DNA of 63,314 nucleotides, filler included, from Rhabdomonas costata (GCA_019059605.1; 19 parts of 19 records of this genome joined end to end with filler, not necessarily neighbours in it), one strand, 5' to 3'; positions 23,666 through 36,763 are shown, numbered from the whole stretch's first letter. The notes: generated from the letters alone by a model not told the origin. Made by a program: numbers and translations.

Positions 23666-26430
23666 GAGGTGAAACTCGCGTTGCTGCACAAAGTGTGGAA
23701 CACCATCCAGCACCACATCGACGCCTCCTTTGATGGCGAGGTATGTACCTGTATGCGTTTTGATCATTGGCCAAAGCGGGTTCAAGGTTATGCAGGTCGC
23801 GTTGACGCCGGTTTCTATCATGACTCCCGATTTTGGCGGACAACGTGCTCATCGGTGGCTTTGCATTCTCTTTGCCCACTTATGGTCTTATGGAAAGCGC
23901 CTTACTGCCGCAAAACTGTTCCTTCAGCGTCTCTTTGTCCTGGCATTCTATGCCCCGGGTGTCTTTTTCTGTGAAGGATCTGCATACGGTGGGATGGTCA
24001 CTTCACTTCACTTCAGGAGCCAAGGCTTCAGGCTTCCGACTTACCCGCACTCTTCGGCCTGGCAACGGCCTCCAAAGATGGCGACCTGTCCTCCAGCGTG
24101 CTTACGCAGTTGCTGTCCGAGAACACGGTGCTGAAGAAGGCGGTGCGACCCTGTGTGTGTGTTCTGATTTTCCGTGGTCTTTTCCCCGCGGAAAGGACTA
24201 GTGTTCGCAGCCACTGAGAATCGTGACAATGGGTTGTTCTTCACGCTAACTTAACCGCTGTGGCCGCAAATTCAAATGGTTCAGTTCGTGCGTCAGGACA
24301 GCATACATCTGTGCACAACACCTGAAAGGCAAAAACACGTTTAGAGTTCATCCCTATACTCTCCCCCACTGTGGAGATTGTGGAGATGGTGCGGGCAATA
24401 TGGTCAAACGGTGTCTTCCTCCACATCTGGCCTATGACAATCGGCTGACACATGAGATGTATTTCTGGATCACTGTGGCAGACCATCCTCCTTCACTCTC
24501 TGAGCGACAAAGCGGCTGCAGCACGAATTCCCATCATCACAATGGTTTTGTTGCTCTTCGTGTCTTTGGGTTATCCCCCTCCGTCCCTGCCCGAACGTTT
24601 TCAGGTGGCAACTTCTAGGATAGTATCAAAGGAAGAGGTGGAGGTGGACACCACGGCGACCCTCTCACTATGGTCTTTTTGCGAAACATATGCGAAACAT
24701 CGTGAATTGTCTGATTTTGTTTTTCAGCTAATGAATTTGGGTGGGTGAGCTGGGTACCGGTTTTATCCCAGAAAAGCACCCCTGCTTCGGAGAATTTGCC
24801 ACAGTTTGCTGCAGTGATTTCTTTGAGGCGCGTGAAGGGAACGATTCATTTTGGAGTGCATCTTTCCTCAGAGTTCCGACAGTTTGGTGCTTATGTGGGA
24901 AACTCTGGCTGTTGAGATGAAACGGGCCATATAGCGAGCGTGTTCTCACCCCAGCCAAGACACACCATCCACCCGCTCGTCCGGTTTAAATCGAGGGCAA
25001 AGGCAGCCGTTCACATCACACGGCGGTTCAACACGCCATGGGGCTGTCTCAGGTTATACTCGTGATGAAACTGGTACAATAGGTTTCGAATATAAGCATT
25101 GCGGGGCAAAGGACATGTTGATTGCACCAACAAACTCGAAACGAGGAGCTTCCCTCCCCTCAAAAATATGCTCAAAACGGATACAAACACACTTAAAACG
25201 CACGGTTCATCTCAACCAGCTCACGCATTTCATACGGACACGTCCGGTGACGTCTCTCAATTTCGCAGGGTTGGGGCCTTGGAGGCTTGCCTTGACGTGG
25301 AGCGGGAGGAGGCGCAGCTGCGGCTCGCTCTGCTTCGGCCTTCTGGGGGCGGAGGCCCACGACTTCAGCCGGCAGGTCGCCGTGCTGCACTCCTCTCGGC
25401 TGCAGGTTCGCCCTTTGGGAGTGCGGGAGAGAGGTGTTCATTTGTTCTGTTTCTCCTTCCCCACCCTCACTCTCCTCGAATGAGCTTGCAATGCTGCTAT
25501 TAAGCCCCCCAGTGCCCTGCGTCGGACAGTGTCGTTATCACAGGACGGCCAGGAATACGAGATTGTGATCCAGGACCTGGAGCGGCAGCTCTTGGAGAAG
25601 CAGTCGATGCTTGAGGTGCATACTGACTTTCACGCCTACATATGTTAGAGACTGTTAAGATCGGCTTCGCCGGCCCGTTCGTCCCTGTTTTTTTTTCCGA
25701 GGCTACGGGATTTGTGTTGCGCTGTTGCTCTATGAATGATGGCCTGCTGAACTGGGAATTTTGACATCATCACGGATGATCACGTTTCTTCCGCATGTTT
25801 ACTTTTACACACTTCTTTCCCACCTTTACTTTTCATAGGTCAAGAGGCATTGATCTTGAATTGGCACATTCCACTTGGGTAGCAGTGATGCACCCCTCCC
25901 CAAAAAAACGTACAGCAAGTTCCACTTTATGTGGTGGTCATGCGGTTGTGGTTTTGATGCAGACCAGTGCCGAGGCCCTCGCTCAGTGTGAGGAGTACTT
26001 TGTCAAGAAGCTGCGCTCGGAGAACGAGGCAAGTGAACAGCAGCTCGCAGATCTTCAAGGGCAGGTATGTCTGGATATTCACATTGAGTTCCGCCAGCAT
26101 TCTCACTCAATGCGGGCGCGGATGCAAGCCGAGCCCATTTATCACATCCGTCTTTATGCTGGATTAAATAGGAAGGAAGGACGAAGGGAGTGGTTTGTCT
26201 GTGCTCGCTTTACAGAGAACTGAGACAGAGTGTCCCTGCAGTTCTGAGATGCTAGGCGCTTTCGACCAGAAAGCAGCATTTTGTTTTTTTTTCAACATGC
26301 AGGCCTGGTGGAAACGGGGAACGATGCAGAAGTAATCGCCAACCCGTGGATTTTTCTCTTCTCTCAGGTCTTCACGCTTCAGCAGCAGCTTGAGGAGTTC
26401 GAGGCCATGAAAGCTGCAGGAGACGCCGAG
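23666..26430 (+). CDS. Coiled-coil hypothetical protein (partial, at least 8 exons)
   Basis: In-frame exons EVKLALLHKVWNTIQHHIDASFDGE|EPRLQASD...LLSENTVLKKA|...|DGQEYEIVIQDLERQLLEKQSMLE|TSAEALAQCEEYFVKKLRSENEASEQQLADLQGQ|VFTLQQQLEEFEAMK. Heptad-rich, no family recognised. Confidence 0.65.
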
Positions 26431-26755
26431 GTATCATTTGCCGTTATCCTTTTCTTCAAGCTGCTAATGGGTCTGTCTCCTTTTTAACTTGAACTCATGT
26501 GCAGCTACGGGCAGAATCGATGTGAATCGATTCTCAGTCATAGAAACGTACACCATGGAAAATACGTGGTTTTGCTAAGTGCTTTCACCTCCCCTGGCCA
26601 AGATCCTGTTCTTTCTCGTCACAAAAGGTCGCCTCATTGCAACACAACACACACNNNNNNNNNNNNNNNNNNNNNNNNNNNNNNNNNNNNNNNNNNNNTT
26701 AATTAATTAANNNNNNNNNNNNNNNNNNNNNNNNNNNNNNNNNNNNNNNNNNNNG

Positions 26756-27793
26756 AAGGACGGGCTGGAGGTCTCGGCGTTCTACCCCTCCGAGAACCGG
26801 ACGGTCACGGGCACGGTCTCTGTGGTGACGACGGACCCCGAGGAAGCCGCAGAGGGGGTGGACTTGGTGATGATGTGCCTGCCCACCTTCCTGCACGACA
26901 GCGTGCTTCGCGCCGTGGTGCCCTTCCTGCGCCCCGGGACCCCCGTGGGGGCGGTGAAGGGCGGGTGGTGGGGCAAGCCCCCGCTGCCTGGGATGGCCCC
27001 GCTGAACTTCTTTGTGATGGAGACCCTGCCCTGGGCGTGCCGGGTGGACAAGGGCCACACCGCGACCGTGCTGGGCACCAAGGTGTGCGTCCGCCTGGGC
27101 TCCTCCCCGGCCTCCGAGGCCCCCAAGCTGTGCTCGCTGATGTCCAAGCTGCTGGAGATCAACTTCCGCCCGGTGGCGAACATGCTGGGCTCCTGCACGT
27201 TCTTCCCGGGCTTCGTGCTGCACCCCGGGATCATGTACGGGCTGCTGTCGGAGTGGGACGGGGAGGCCTTCGAGAAGGCTCCGCTGTTCTACCAGGGCGT
27301 CGACGACCGCACGGAGGAGGTGCTGCACGGGATGCAGGCGGACATTGACAACACGAAGGCGAAGCTGCAGGAGCTGCTTCCGGGGGTGGACCTCTCCTCG
27401 GTGGGGACGGTCCATGACTGGCTGCTGGATGCCTACGACGGGCAGATCGGGGACCCCACCACGCTGGGCTCCACCCTCCGCACCAACGCGGCCTACGCCG
27501 GGCTGGTCGTGCCCTCGCGGCCCAACCCCAGCGGGTCGGGCCGGCTCCCCCTGTTCGACTACAGGTACCTCACCGAGGACGCGGAGGTTCACCTGACGGT
27601 GATCCGAGGGATGGCGGAGCTGGTCGGGGTGCCCACGCCCACCCTGGACCGAGTGCTGGACTGGGTCCAGGCCCGGCTGGCTCGGGACTGGCTTCGCGAC
27701 GGCAAGCTGCAGGGCAAGGACCTGGCCAAGACCCGGGCCCCCCAGGCCTTCGGGATCCGCACCGTGGAGGCCCTGTTGCAGTCGGTGGAGTGA
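26756..27793 (+). CDS. NAD-dependent opine dehydrogenase (octopine/tauropine dehydrogenase family), 5'-truncated by contig edge
   Basis: Uninterrupted GC-rich frame from the contig start to TGA. Family motifs: TDPEEA..G.DLV.MCLP, ETLPWACR, HPGIMYG, PLFYQG, TNAAYAGL..P, YRYLTED, GVPTPTLDRVLDW, TRAPQAFG. Confidence 0.92.
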   Translation, partial: KDGLEVSAFYPSENRTVTGTVSVVTTDPEEAAEGVDLVMMCLPTFLHDSVLRAVVPFLRPGTPVGAVKGGWWGKPPLPGMAPLNFFVMETLPWACRVDKGHTATVLGTKVCVRLGSSPASEAPKLCSLMSKLLEINFRPVANMLGSCTFFPGFVLHPGIMYGLLSEWDGEAFEKAPLFYQGVDDRTEEVLHGMQADIDNTKAKLQELLPGVDLSSVGTVHDWLLDAYDGQIGDPTTLGSTLRTNAAYAGLVVPSRPNPSGSGRLPLFDYRYLTEDAEVHLTVIRGMAELVGVPTPTLDRVLDWVQARLARDWLRDGKLQGKDLAKTRAPQAFGIRTVEALLQSVE

Positions 27794-28197
27794 AAGAAGG
27801 GGGGAGGTGGGGGGTGGGGGTGTTCACGCTTACGCCACCATACACTCATAATAAATACACCCAAAATAGCCTCATTCTGTGCATAGCACCATGATATTGT
27901 TGCTGTTCGCCGAGAGTCACCTGCGCGTGGTGCCTTCAAGAAGTTCCAGAAAGACCTTGCATTGCTGGTCGTTCTGTGCTTCTTGGAGCCCTTCACATAC
28001 CGTTTGCAGTGCAACCTGTGGCTACCCCATAGCTTCATAATAGGTGGGCCTGCGTGGGTGATAATACGGCTGCTCGCTGCTACCTCTCTGGGGGTTCCCT
28101 TTGTGTGTGTTGTTCGGGCGGGTGCAATCGTACTGAGTGTGTTGGGTGGCAAGGTTTGTTTGGTGTCACATTGCTGCGTTTGGAAGAGAGAAGGCAA

Positions 28198-28325
28198 NNN
28201 NNNNNNNNNNNNNNNNNNNNNNNNNNNNNNNNNNNNNNNNNNNNNNNNNNNNNNNNNNNNNNNNNNNNNNNNNNNNNNNNNNNNNNNNNNNNNNNNNNNN
28301 NNNNNNNNNNNNNNNNNNNNNNNNN
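28198..28325. other. Within-scaffold sequencing gap (N run without linker)
   Basis: 128 N with no TTAATTAATTAA. Confidence 0.95.
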
Positions 28326-31099
28326 GGCTGATGGAATGACCAGAGGAAATGCACTGGTTCGCCTTGTAAGCAAAAGATGGGAAGGTAGCGCTTTCCAAGG
28401 CGGGCGGTTACTTGTGGAACGTCCAGAGTGTCCCCCGAGAGTCCGAAGTGTCATCACCTTTGCTGCAACGCCCTGCTTTTTGAGTGAAAATGGAGCTCGT
28501 TTGAGAACCCCCACCCTGCGGCACCAGGTAGTGCGCTGCGCGTGGGAGCGGGGCGGGGAGGGGGGCGCTGCGCAGCAAGTTAGGGCCATGTATGGGCCGT
28601 GGGTTCCGGTCTGCAGGAGTAGTTGTTCGTGGCGTGAAGCAGGCACACACACACACACACAGCCAACGCAAAAGGGAGAGCGGTAAGCGTTGGCAATCCT
28701 TGGCTCTGCAGTTTAGTTCTAAGTTGTATGTTCAATTTTCTAAAATACATGCTATTTGAGTTTTTCTTTTCTGTTTTCACACATAGATGCTATGTGCTTT
28801 TCGACTTTTATTGCATTGCTTATTGCTGGATATTTTAGCTTCCAAGTGTGCACGTTTTCTCTTTGAAGTAGACTTTATATGAGGCTGTGTAGGTGGCAAA
28901 GATTTGTAATTGTCAGCCGCATGGTAACTTAATCGCTAAGAGATGCGTCTAATTGGCTATTGCATTTGTGAGTTGGATTCTCTTAAATAACATTTTAATA
29001 AATTAAATTATAATTTCAGATTTAAATTGAATAGAACACAACCTACAACAAATTTCTCAAAGTTTTAAAAAACCCATTCCTTATCATAGCAAATTACATC
29101 AAACCAATTTTGTGTGTTTAAAAGCTGATCAATACACTTTTGTCTGTACATCATGCCATTTTGGCCAAATTGCATTTAGCCCGCCACAAATCTGTCGCAA
29201 AGCAACAGCTCCTGTACCACCTCACGCCATTCAGCCCTTGGTGCCGGGACAGCCATCCTGATGGTCCCGCTGCTCAAGAAGACCAGAACACACACGAGCA
29301 CACAAATATACACTGCACCACTTTTTGCTGGACTTGTTGTGCCATTTTAACCCTTTCCTCAACTAATGTATTCTTTTGGCCACCACAATACACCCAGTTT
29401 CTGACATTGGTCGAAGATTAAATTTCTCCGGGGCTCCTTTGCCACTAGTGGGTGTGGTTGTAACGGTACTAATCATTTCAGAGCCATTCCACCTTGCCAA
29501 GTCTACCACGGAAAATGCTCACAAAACCACATACCTTCACCACCATTTTCCTCTAACAAAATGCCATTTTTCAAATGGCCATTTCTGGCCATTCACCATT
29601 GAAAATTGCTGCGGTCCTTTTCCCTGCACCATACTTCTTGATTTTTCGTGCTTTTGTCCTGCTTATGGTTTCCTTTTGCACCTCATTTCCACTCGGACCT
29701 TTTGGTCACTTGACATTACCGGCTTGTTTTAAAATTTGCCACCGCATTAGACCTAAACTAAGGGAATCTAATTTGAAAACCCTCTTTTTGCTAGAACAAG
29801 ACTCCCATCCCCACACAACCCGAAAACTCGGGTCAATGAAATGGTGCATTTTCCCAAATTTTTTCTGCACATTCTTTTTTCCACGTTTTTCAACACTCCT
29901 CTCTCCTCTTTCGTTGTTTGCACCGGCGCCCGCTTCTTCCGCGCCGCGGAGCGTACTTGACGAAGCGGGAAGTGGGTCGGTGCAAACAACAAACCNNNNN
30001 NNNNNNNNNNNNNNNNNNNNNNNNNNNNNNNNNNNNNNNTTAATTAATTAANNNNNNNNNNNNNNNNNNNNNNNNNNNNNNNNNNNNNNNNNNNNGGGTT
30101 GGGGTTTTCTCCCTGCCCGCAGAGGACAGCGGCTTCTGAGAGGCTGCCTCGTTGGAAGTCTCCTCGGAGTGCCTCCATCCCACCAAAATATTGGAAAACG
30201 TTGGCCTGTGATTGTGTTCAGCTTGCCGCGTGTGTGCATCTGGAACGCATGGTTTGGGCACGGCCCGCTCTGTTCCCGTCGGTTGTTTATCTACCCAGGG
30301 CTGAGGGCGGTTTTCCCACCCACGTTACTTCGCATGTATTGAGAAGTTTACTGTGGTGGTGCTGACAATGCCGAAAACTGTGTGTCTTGGAACGAAAGAT
30401 CAGTGATTGATGCACTCATTTGACACGTCGTGATCACGGCAAGGTGGGCCGCATCACGAGTTTTTTTTGGGGGGCTGACCCGTCCCCTCCCTTGCCTTTT
30501 ATGAAGTAGTACACCACAAACTCATTGAGGCAAGCCTGAAAATTTTGCGATTGGCCTGCGTTATGTGCTCAGGAAATCACCCACAGGAGTGTGTAAAGTA
30601 CCTTTGCTTGCAAGGGGACAAGGGGACGACCGATGGACGATGGACGGGGCTTTTTCTGCAAACTGGCTCCATTCGTTCATAGTTGGGAGGTCGACTACGA
30701 GCTTTGGACTGCAGCTATACTATGTCACTGCGCGAGTGTGAATAAAATTCAGAGACAGGGAACTGGGAGTGATACAGCAATTTCGCGTGCTGTTTGATTT
30801 TCTGTGGGATAGTGGAGATGGTGATAGTGTGCAGTGATCTTGCGCGTTGTTGGGGTTGGTTTCATTTGCAGTGTGAAGTTGTGCATGTAATGCTCGCGGC
30901 TTCTTGGTGAGGAGGTGTCCGGGGTCACCGATGGTGATGGTACTGTGAACGCCCTTGAACGAACGCCCGCAGTTGGGAGGCAGTACACCCACTGGCAGCA
31001 CCTTCCCTTCTCACTGATTTTGCTCTGTGTGGGCATATAGCTTTTGTATTGCCTCTTTGTGAATCATCCGGAGGGAAGGGGAGAAACCTCCCGGGAGAA

Positions 31100-32796
31100 T
31101 CTATGTCGGTGTTGAGCATGGCTGTTCGACTTCCCACCGATCTTTGCGGGCCTCTTCTCGCCTGGCTGCACCTCAACGAGGTTGTGCAGGCCGGAGTGGT
31201 GCTATGCGCAGGACGGATGTGCCCTGCCCATGAGTGGTGTGTGTGGTAGCAGAGGAGCTGCAGAGGAGGCCTCGATCTGGGATGTTGACTGAGGTGAAGG
31301 GCGTGTGGGTCTGCGCGGTTTCCCCGAATGGTTTGCCTCGTGCCTCTTTCTCTCTCTTCTACTTTGTGCTGGTTTCACTTTGTTCTGTGTCCCTTCCCAC
31401 GGTGTCTCAGTCCTTTTCCAGAAGACCTTGCTTCAGTTCCAACGGATACTAAGGAAAAGCAGATCCACCTTGGGCGCTGATCTTGTGGCAGGTAACGATG
31501 TGGGGGTGCCGCCGATGATGGCCATACGCATATACATTTTGTTCTCTTTGACTTTTTTACATGTGTATATCTTGTGTATATTTTTACATGTATATATCAT
31601 GTGGGTATCTTGCTCCCTTGGCGGGACTATCATTTTTTCAGGTTTTGTTTCTCTTCGTGATCAGGTTTTTAGGGTCTTTTAACCCCCCCCCTCCACCACT
31701 GTCAGGTTCTGTCACCAGCGGCATGAGAGGTTCGTTGTGCACCGTCCAGCAGCGTTCGAGAACACAGTGGCCCCCATTCGCGTCCAGCGGTAGTCACACT
31801 GCAGACAAGTCCACCGTGTTAAGGGAGGAGGCAAATGGGGCAAAATCAAAAGTCCGAGAATGAACACCGAGGGTTTCCCAGCCGTTTCCGATGACGGGGA
31901 CGATAGAGCAGCGGATGAGACCACCAGAGAAGTCTCGCACACCAGAGCACATGCAAACGTGCCGCCCCACAGTGCGTACTGTTGCACAGCAACTGTGAAA
32001 GCCATTGTTGCGCTTCGGCGGCAAAGGAGGGAGACGGTTCGCCTCGTAGTGCCGGTAAAAATCAAAGTGAAGACACAGACTCAAGATAGCCAGCGCGGGT
32101 GGTAAGGTAGGTGGGAGTGGGGGGAATGGCTTGGGGGAGGACCGATAGGTTCCAGGGCAACTCGGGCTGAGGAGCTGTCCTGCAGCAGCTTCTCCACTTC
32201 TTCCTCGGCAAGAAGCTCACAATCTTTTTTAAAGAAGACGAATGAAGAAAGAAAGAAAGGAGACCGTATGCGCACTTTTCTCTCCGGAATCTAATGACAC
32301 CTGCAATCCCGGCAGGAAACCCTGCAGGCGCCCAAATCGCCCAAGCGTTCGGAAGATTGCCCCCTCCCCCAATAGGACAAAGAAGAATTTCGCATTCAGA
32401 CGCCGTCCTGGAGGAGGGCATCAATCGGTCTATCGGTAAGGTTTGCCTTTTTTTTGGGCGGGCGCGCATTCCAGATCTTTTTCTGGCGGTGTTTTGCACC
32501 GCCAGTTAAGGACGGCAAAAGAGGGCACTGTTATATTGCCATAACCCAGGCAATCTCCCAAATCAGAGGTTTACTACCCACCACCGAGCACGATTGAATG
32601 AGCTGAATGACAATTGGATGAAAGGAGTGGCTCTGGAAAAGAAAATCTAGGAGAGCACACACTGACCCTCTTCGCAGCCCTCGGGTTTCTCGATCGTCTC
32701 CTCGAGGCCCCCAGGAGTCTGGGCATCATCAAAAAGGGCGTCCTCCACCTCAAACCCCGGGAGATCTGCGGCGCGGTGCATGTGCTGGACACGTAA
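31100..32796 (+). CDS. Hypothetical multi-exon protein (3' fragments)
   Basis: AG/GT-bounded coding-like segments: ...LPTDLCGPLLAWLHLNE, KTLLQFQRILRKSRSTLGADLVA, ...RRISHSDAVLEEGINRSI, and terminal ALGFLDRLLEAPRSLGIIKKGVLHLKPREICGAVHVLDT*. No family recognised. Confidence 0.4.
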
Positions 32797-33231
32797 CGCG
32801 CTGGCTGTTGCAATGCAGTCCGCTGTTGATGACTGCTAAGAGCATGCTGTTCAAAGGGATTTCTCAGGCTGCGACTTTCACCTCCAGCGTGTCAGAGTTT
32901 ATGAAAAACCGGTGAATCGTCGAGAGCACAAGCCACAGGGTCCCTAATCAATGGAGCTGCCCTTCGGATATATCGCCCGTGACATTTACATGTATATTTC
33001 ACCGACCGTGCGCACCTTGTCATGCAGGTGACAAAACGTGAACATTTCACTTTAATAGTGAACTGGAGGGTGAAGAATTATTGAAGCATTTTTCCTCCAG
33101 TAATGTCATCCAGTGCGTAGTGGAAAGCGGCTGTTTTCCGAACTTGCGGTGTGATTTCCATGTGCGGAATCCATGATTTTGGCCAAATTAAAATGAATTT
33201 TGGTGTGGTAAACAGATATCAGGTTGGCGGA

Positions 33232-33324
33232 GTGGTATGAAAGCTTTAGTTTTGCCAGCTCTCCTTGTGTCTTTGCCCTTATGTGACACAAGGAGAGCTG
33301 GCAAAACTAAAGCTTTCATACCAC
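33232..33324. repeat. Perfect 40-bp inverted repeat with 13-nt loop at contig end
   Basis: 33232-33271 (gtggtatgaaagctttagttttgccagctctccttgtgtc) is the exact reverse complement of 33285-33324. Confidence 0.97.
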
Positions 33325-33989
33325 CCTAANNNNNNNNNNNNNNNNNNNNNNNNNNNNNNNNNNNNNNNNNNNNTTAATTAATTAANNNNNNNNNNNNNNN
33401 NNNNNNNNNNNNNNNNNNNNNNNNNNNNNGGGGGTGTGGGAGTTCATGTGAGTTGTCCTCACAGAACAGACAACAGGAAATTCTGACGGTTCTCTGATAG
33501 TTCAAAGAATTTCAGCTCAACACTCTTATCACGTGAAAAAAAAGATTCCCACCGGTGGTTGCGCGAGTCGAAACATTCAAATCACGAGTGCCGAAGGCCC
33601 CTATAACACTCATAGCAGAAAGAGGAACAACCTTCGGATACATAACGAAGCTCGGGGGTTCGCCCACTCCGCCTGATAGTCGATCCTTTACAGTAGAGAA
33701 CACTGAGATAGTCTTACAATCTCACCTAACATTGATCATGGCTCCAGGCTCCAGGCTCCAGTGGCCGGTGTAGTTTCCACCTTGTGATTTGCGGTTTGTG
33801 GTTTAGGGGCTTTTTGATCCCGGCATCTTGGCGGGCTCTCGAATTTGCCCCATCTCGCCTAGGTGATATCAGTCACATCTGGTGCAAGGGATATCTTATA
33901 CTCTTTACTCTTAATTTTCCTTTTCCTTTTTGTTTTTGCTTTTTTCCCCGAGAAAGTGAGAGTCTTAAACCCATCAACACCGTAAACGT

Positions 33990-35662
33990 AAGCACAGCTA
34001 AACGAGAGTCCCGTTCCAAACTTTCTCTTGCTACTTCACACGTCCGCACCAGATAGAGGTCCACCGCGATAGCGTCGCTCAGCCTCAGAGAGACTGCTGG
34101 CAGGTCGTTTTCATTTAAGAGCTTCTTCAGAGCCGCTGCGTTGAGATTCGTAAGAAAAAATTCAAAAACATCGGGACAATCAATCACTATATTCAGGTGT
34201 GATTATCATGCTGACGGTATTGGCGGTCTGCCAAAAAGAGAAAGAACAAAGAATACGAAGCAAGGACAGCTCCATCTACCATGTCAGGTTCCGTATACAA
34301 AATCTATTCTATGCATCCTCTCACATCCCGTACTATACACTCCAGCACCACGCTCCGCCCAAGACATTCTGTACCTTCGAGAATACCTTCTTTCTGGTGA
34401 TACACTGCCCCAACTCGATCGTCGACAAAAAAAAGCTGTAGAAAGAGGCCCACCTCTCATTCAGTACACCCTTGCCTTTCTTCCGAAACGGGGGAGGGTG
34501 CACGGCACCTATTTGGATGTCAGTCTGGTTGAGCTTTGCCAGAAGACCCACCTGGTCAATACCCCCGTCGGTCAAGTTGATCCCCTTGCTGAGGTTGCGG
34601 TCCAAGCTATACCTGTGAGCAGAAGTCTCTCTCTTGCTGGCATATGAGCCACACAGAAGGACGCAAATGCTCGAAGCTGTTTCGTTTTCCCGCGTACCGT
34701 GTGCCTTTCAGCTTCTGCTTTTACGTTAAAGTATTGCAGCATTGCTGTCCCTCCCCCTAATCTGTCAGCATAGCTGTAAACCTCAGAATCCGATTGTATC
34801 GTGAGAACAACCATTCTCTGAAGCAAAACAGAATCCCCGCATGCATGTGCACAGCAAGGCATTGGTGATGAACCATAGCCCCTGCCGCCGCAACCACCAC
34901 CACCACCACCCAAAAAACCTCCGCCCATCGGATCGGCATCTGTTCATTCAAATCTATTGCAGTCGTTTGGGCGGCGCTGCACTATGTTGCTCCTGAGGGC
35001 AGGATGCGCTGGACGAGCTTCTACTTGCGATGCCCGTCTGCACGTTGCCAATGTATGCACTTAAGCCCCAATCTTGCAAGGCTCTGACCCCTGACAACCA
35101 CAACAGCACACATACCACAGGCAATCCGTGTACTCTTCCTGCAGGGCGTGCACGGCGAACATCAGGTCCGACGCCACCAGGGCAAGCACCTTGATGTTCC
35201 CGGCGTGCTCCGCGTCCGCCGAGGAGCTCCGGATCCCCACGGTAAGTAGGATGATCAGCCCCACGAACGGCACCAAAAGCATCACAAACAGCCGCAGGGA
35301 GATCTATGACAGAGTGGCACTTGCGTCACTTGCGGAGTCATGGAGCTTAAGTGCAGGGCTTTCTTTCCAGCGGCAGTGCCGTCGTGGTTTACCCACAATT
35401 AACGTTGATTGGCTGCTTAACAATCCCACCTATTCACAAATACACCGTGATGCATCCTTCCCGTGTGTCATATATCACTTTTCCTTCAAGTGGAAAGAGA
35501 TCTGTTGGGTACTGGTGTGGTGCTTTCTTTTTGTGGTGACTGGCCGATTGAGCTTGGAGCAAAAGCCCCAGAGCAAGGATGGGCCACCTCACAGAGAGGC
35601 CTTCCCGAGGTGCGCTGAGGTACCTTGGAGTGCATCCACGCCTTTGCACAGCGGCCAACGTT
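33990..35662 (-). CDS. Membrane receptor with NIT-like (nitrate/nitrite-sensing fold) sensory domain, partial
   Basis: Exons 35662-35588, 35303-35116 and 34612-34509 splice in frame. A TM helix (ISLRLFVMLLVPFVGLIILLTVGI) is followed by LVASDLMFAVHALQEEYTDCLW|YS...LLAKLNQTDIQI, matching the NIT helix-1 pattern L..LVHxLQxERG....Y...R..TD. A later DVFEFF segment is frame-disrupted. Confidence 0.6.
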
Positions 35663-36763
35663 CTGTAGGTCCAAGTCGGCAAGGGAGGAGAGGTTGGAGT
35701 TAATCTCCGTCCTGGTCTGACTGGGGGACGTCGAGGCCGTCATCTCGCTGGCACGGGCCGCTGCAGGAGGGAGACCAGAGGGAGGATTCTCTCAGCACGT
35801 AACTGGGTGACGTACGCAGGCAGGAGATAATCGGATGCCGTACTGCGATATCTACCTTTAACGGTTTCAGAAAGAAAAAAAAGACTCTGGGAGGAGATGG
35901 ACAAAATAGAACCTCTTCTCCGGAAAGCCCTAAGGACCGGCAGGATTTTTGAAAAAAAAACTGGGGTTCGGAATAGAAGAGTGGGGTCTTGGGGGCATGC
36001 TGACTCAGCTTCTCAACATAAAGATACGAAACAATGCAGTGCAAAGTTGTCCACATTTGTGACCACAATAATTCTATCACACTGCAATCAGCAGGGTCAC
36101 CGCTTTCCAAAATTCCAATGGAGCCCACTCTGTGCAGAGCGGTGTTCAGGATTCCTTGGATTTGCTTTTTTGCTGGGCGTGTTGGGCACCAAACCAAACG
36201 CGGTGTGAGCAGACCTGACGCGACACTTCTCCCAGCGCGGTCTCGGAGGATGCGCTGGGAGCTCCGTGCCGAGGCAGCCTCTCCCACCCCCTCCTCGATT
36301 CTGTGACAGGGTGCGTGATGCAGTGCACAGGGCTGGAAGGGGAACCTAAACCTCACCAGTCGTGTGCAACACACTCATTTCAGCTTATGCATGCACACAT
36401 GGCAGAGAAGTCCTTTCAGAACTTTCATCGAGTCAGCGAGTGAAGTGGAGGGAAGAAAACTGGCAGAGCGATAACAAAACAACGCACTCGCCATCGGTGA
36501 CGGATGGAACCACAGAGTTTCTCTTGATCAACTTCGAGTCGCTCTTCTGCAAAATAGACATTGGTGAGAAAATCGCTGTGAAAAATGCAAAGCACAATCG
36601 CTCACGGAGTCGGAGAAAATGCGCCATCCCGGGCATCTTGCAGACAGCGCATGACAACCCACANNNNNNNNNNNNNNNNNNNNNNNNNNNNNNNNNNNNN
36701 NNNNNNNTTAATTAATTAANNNNNNNNNNNNNNNNNNNNNNNNNNNNNNNNNNNNNNNNNNNN

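Noticed and set aside
26699..27592. 297-aa antisense ORF over the opine dehydrogenase
   Set aside because: Shadow ORF caused by very high GC3 on the sense strand, with no protein-like motifs.
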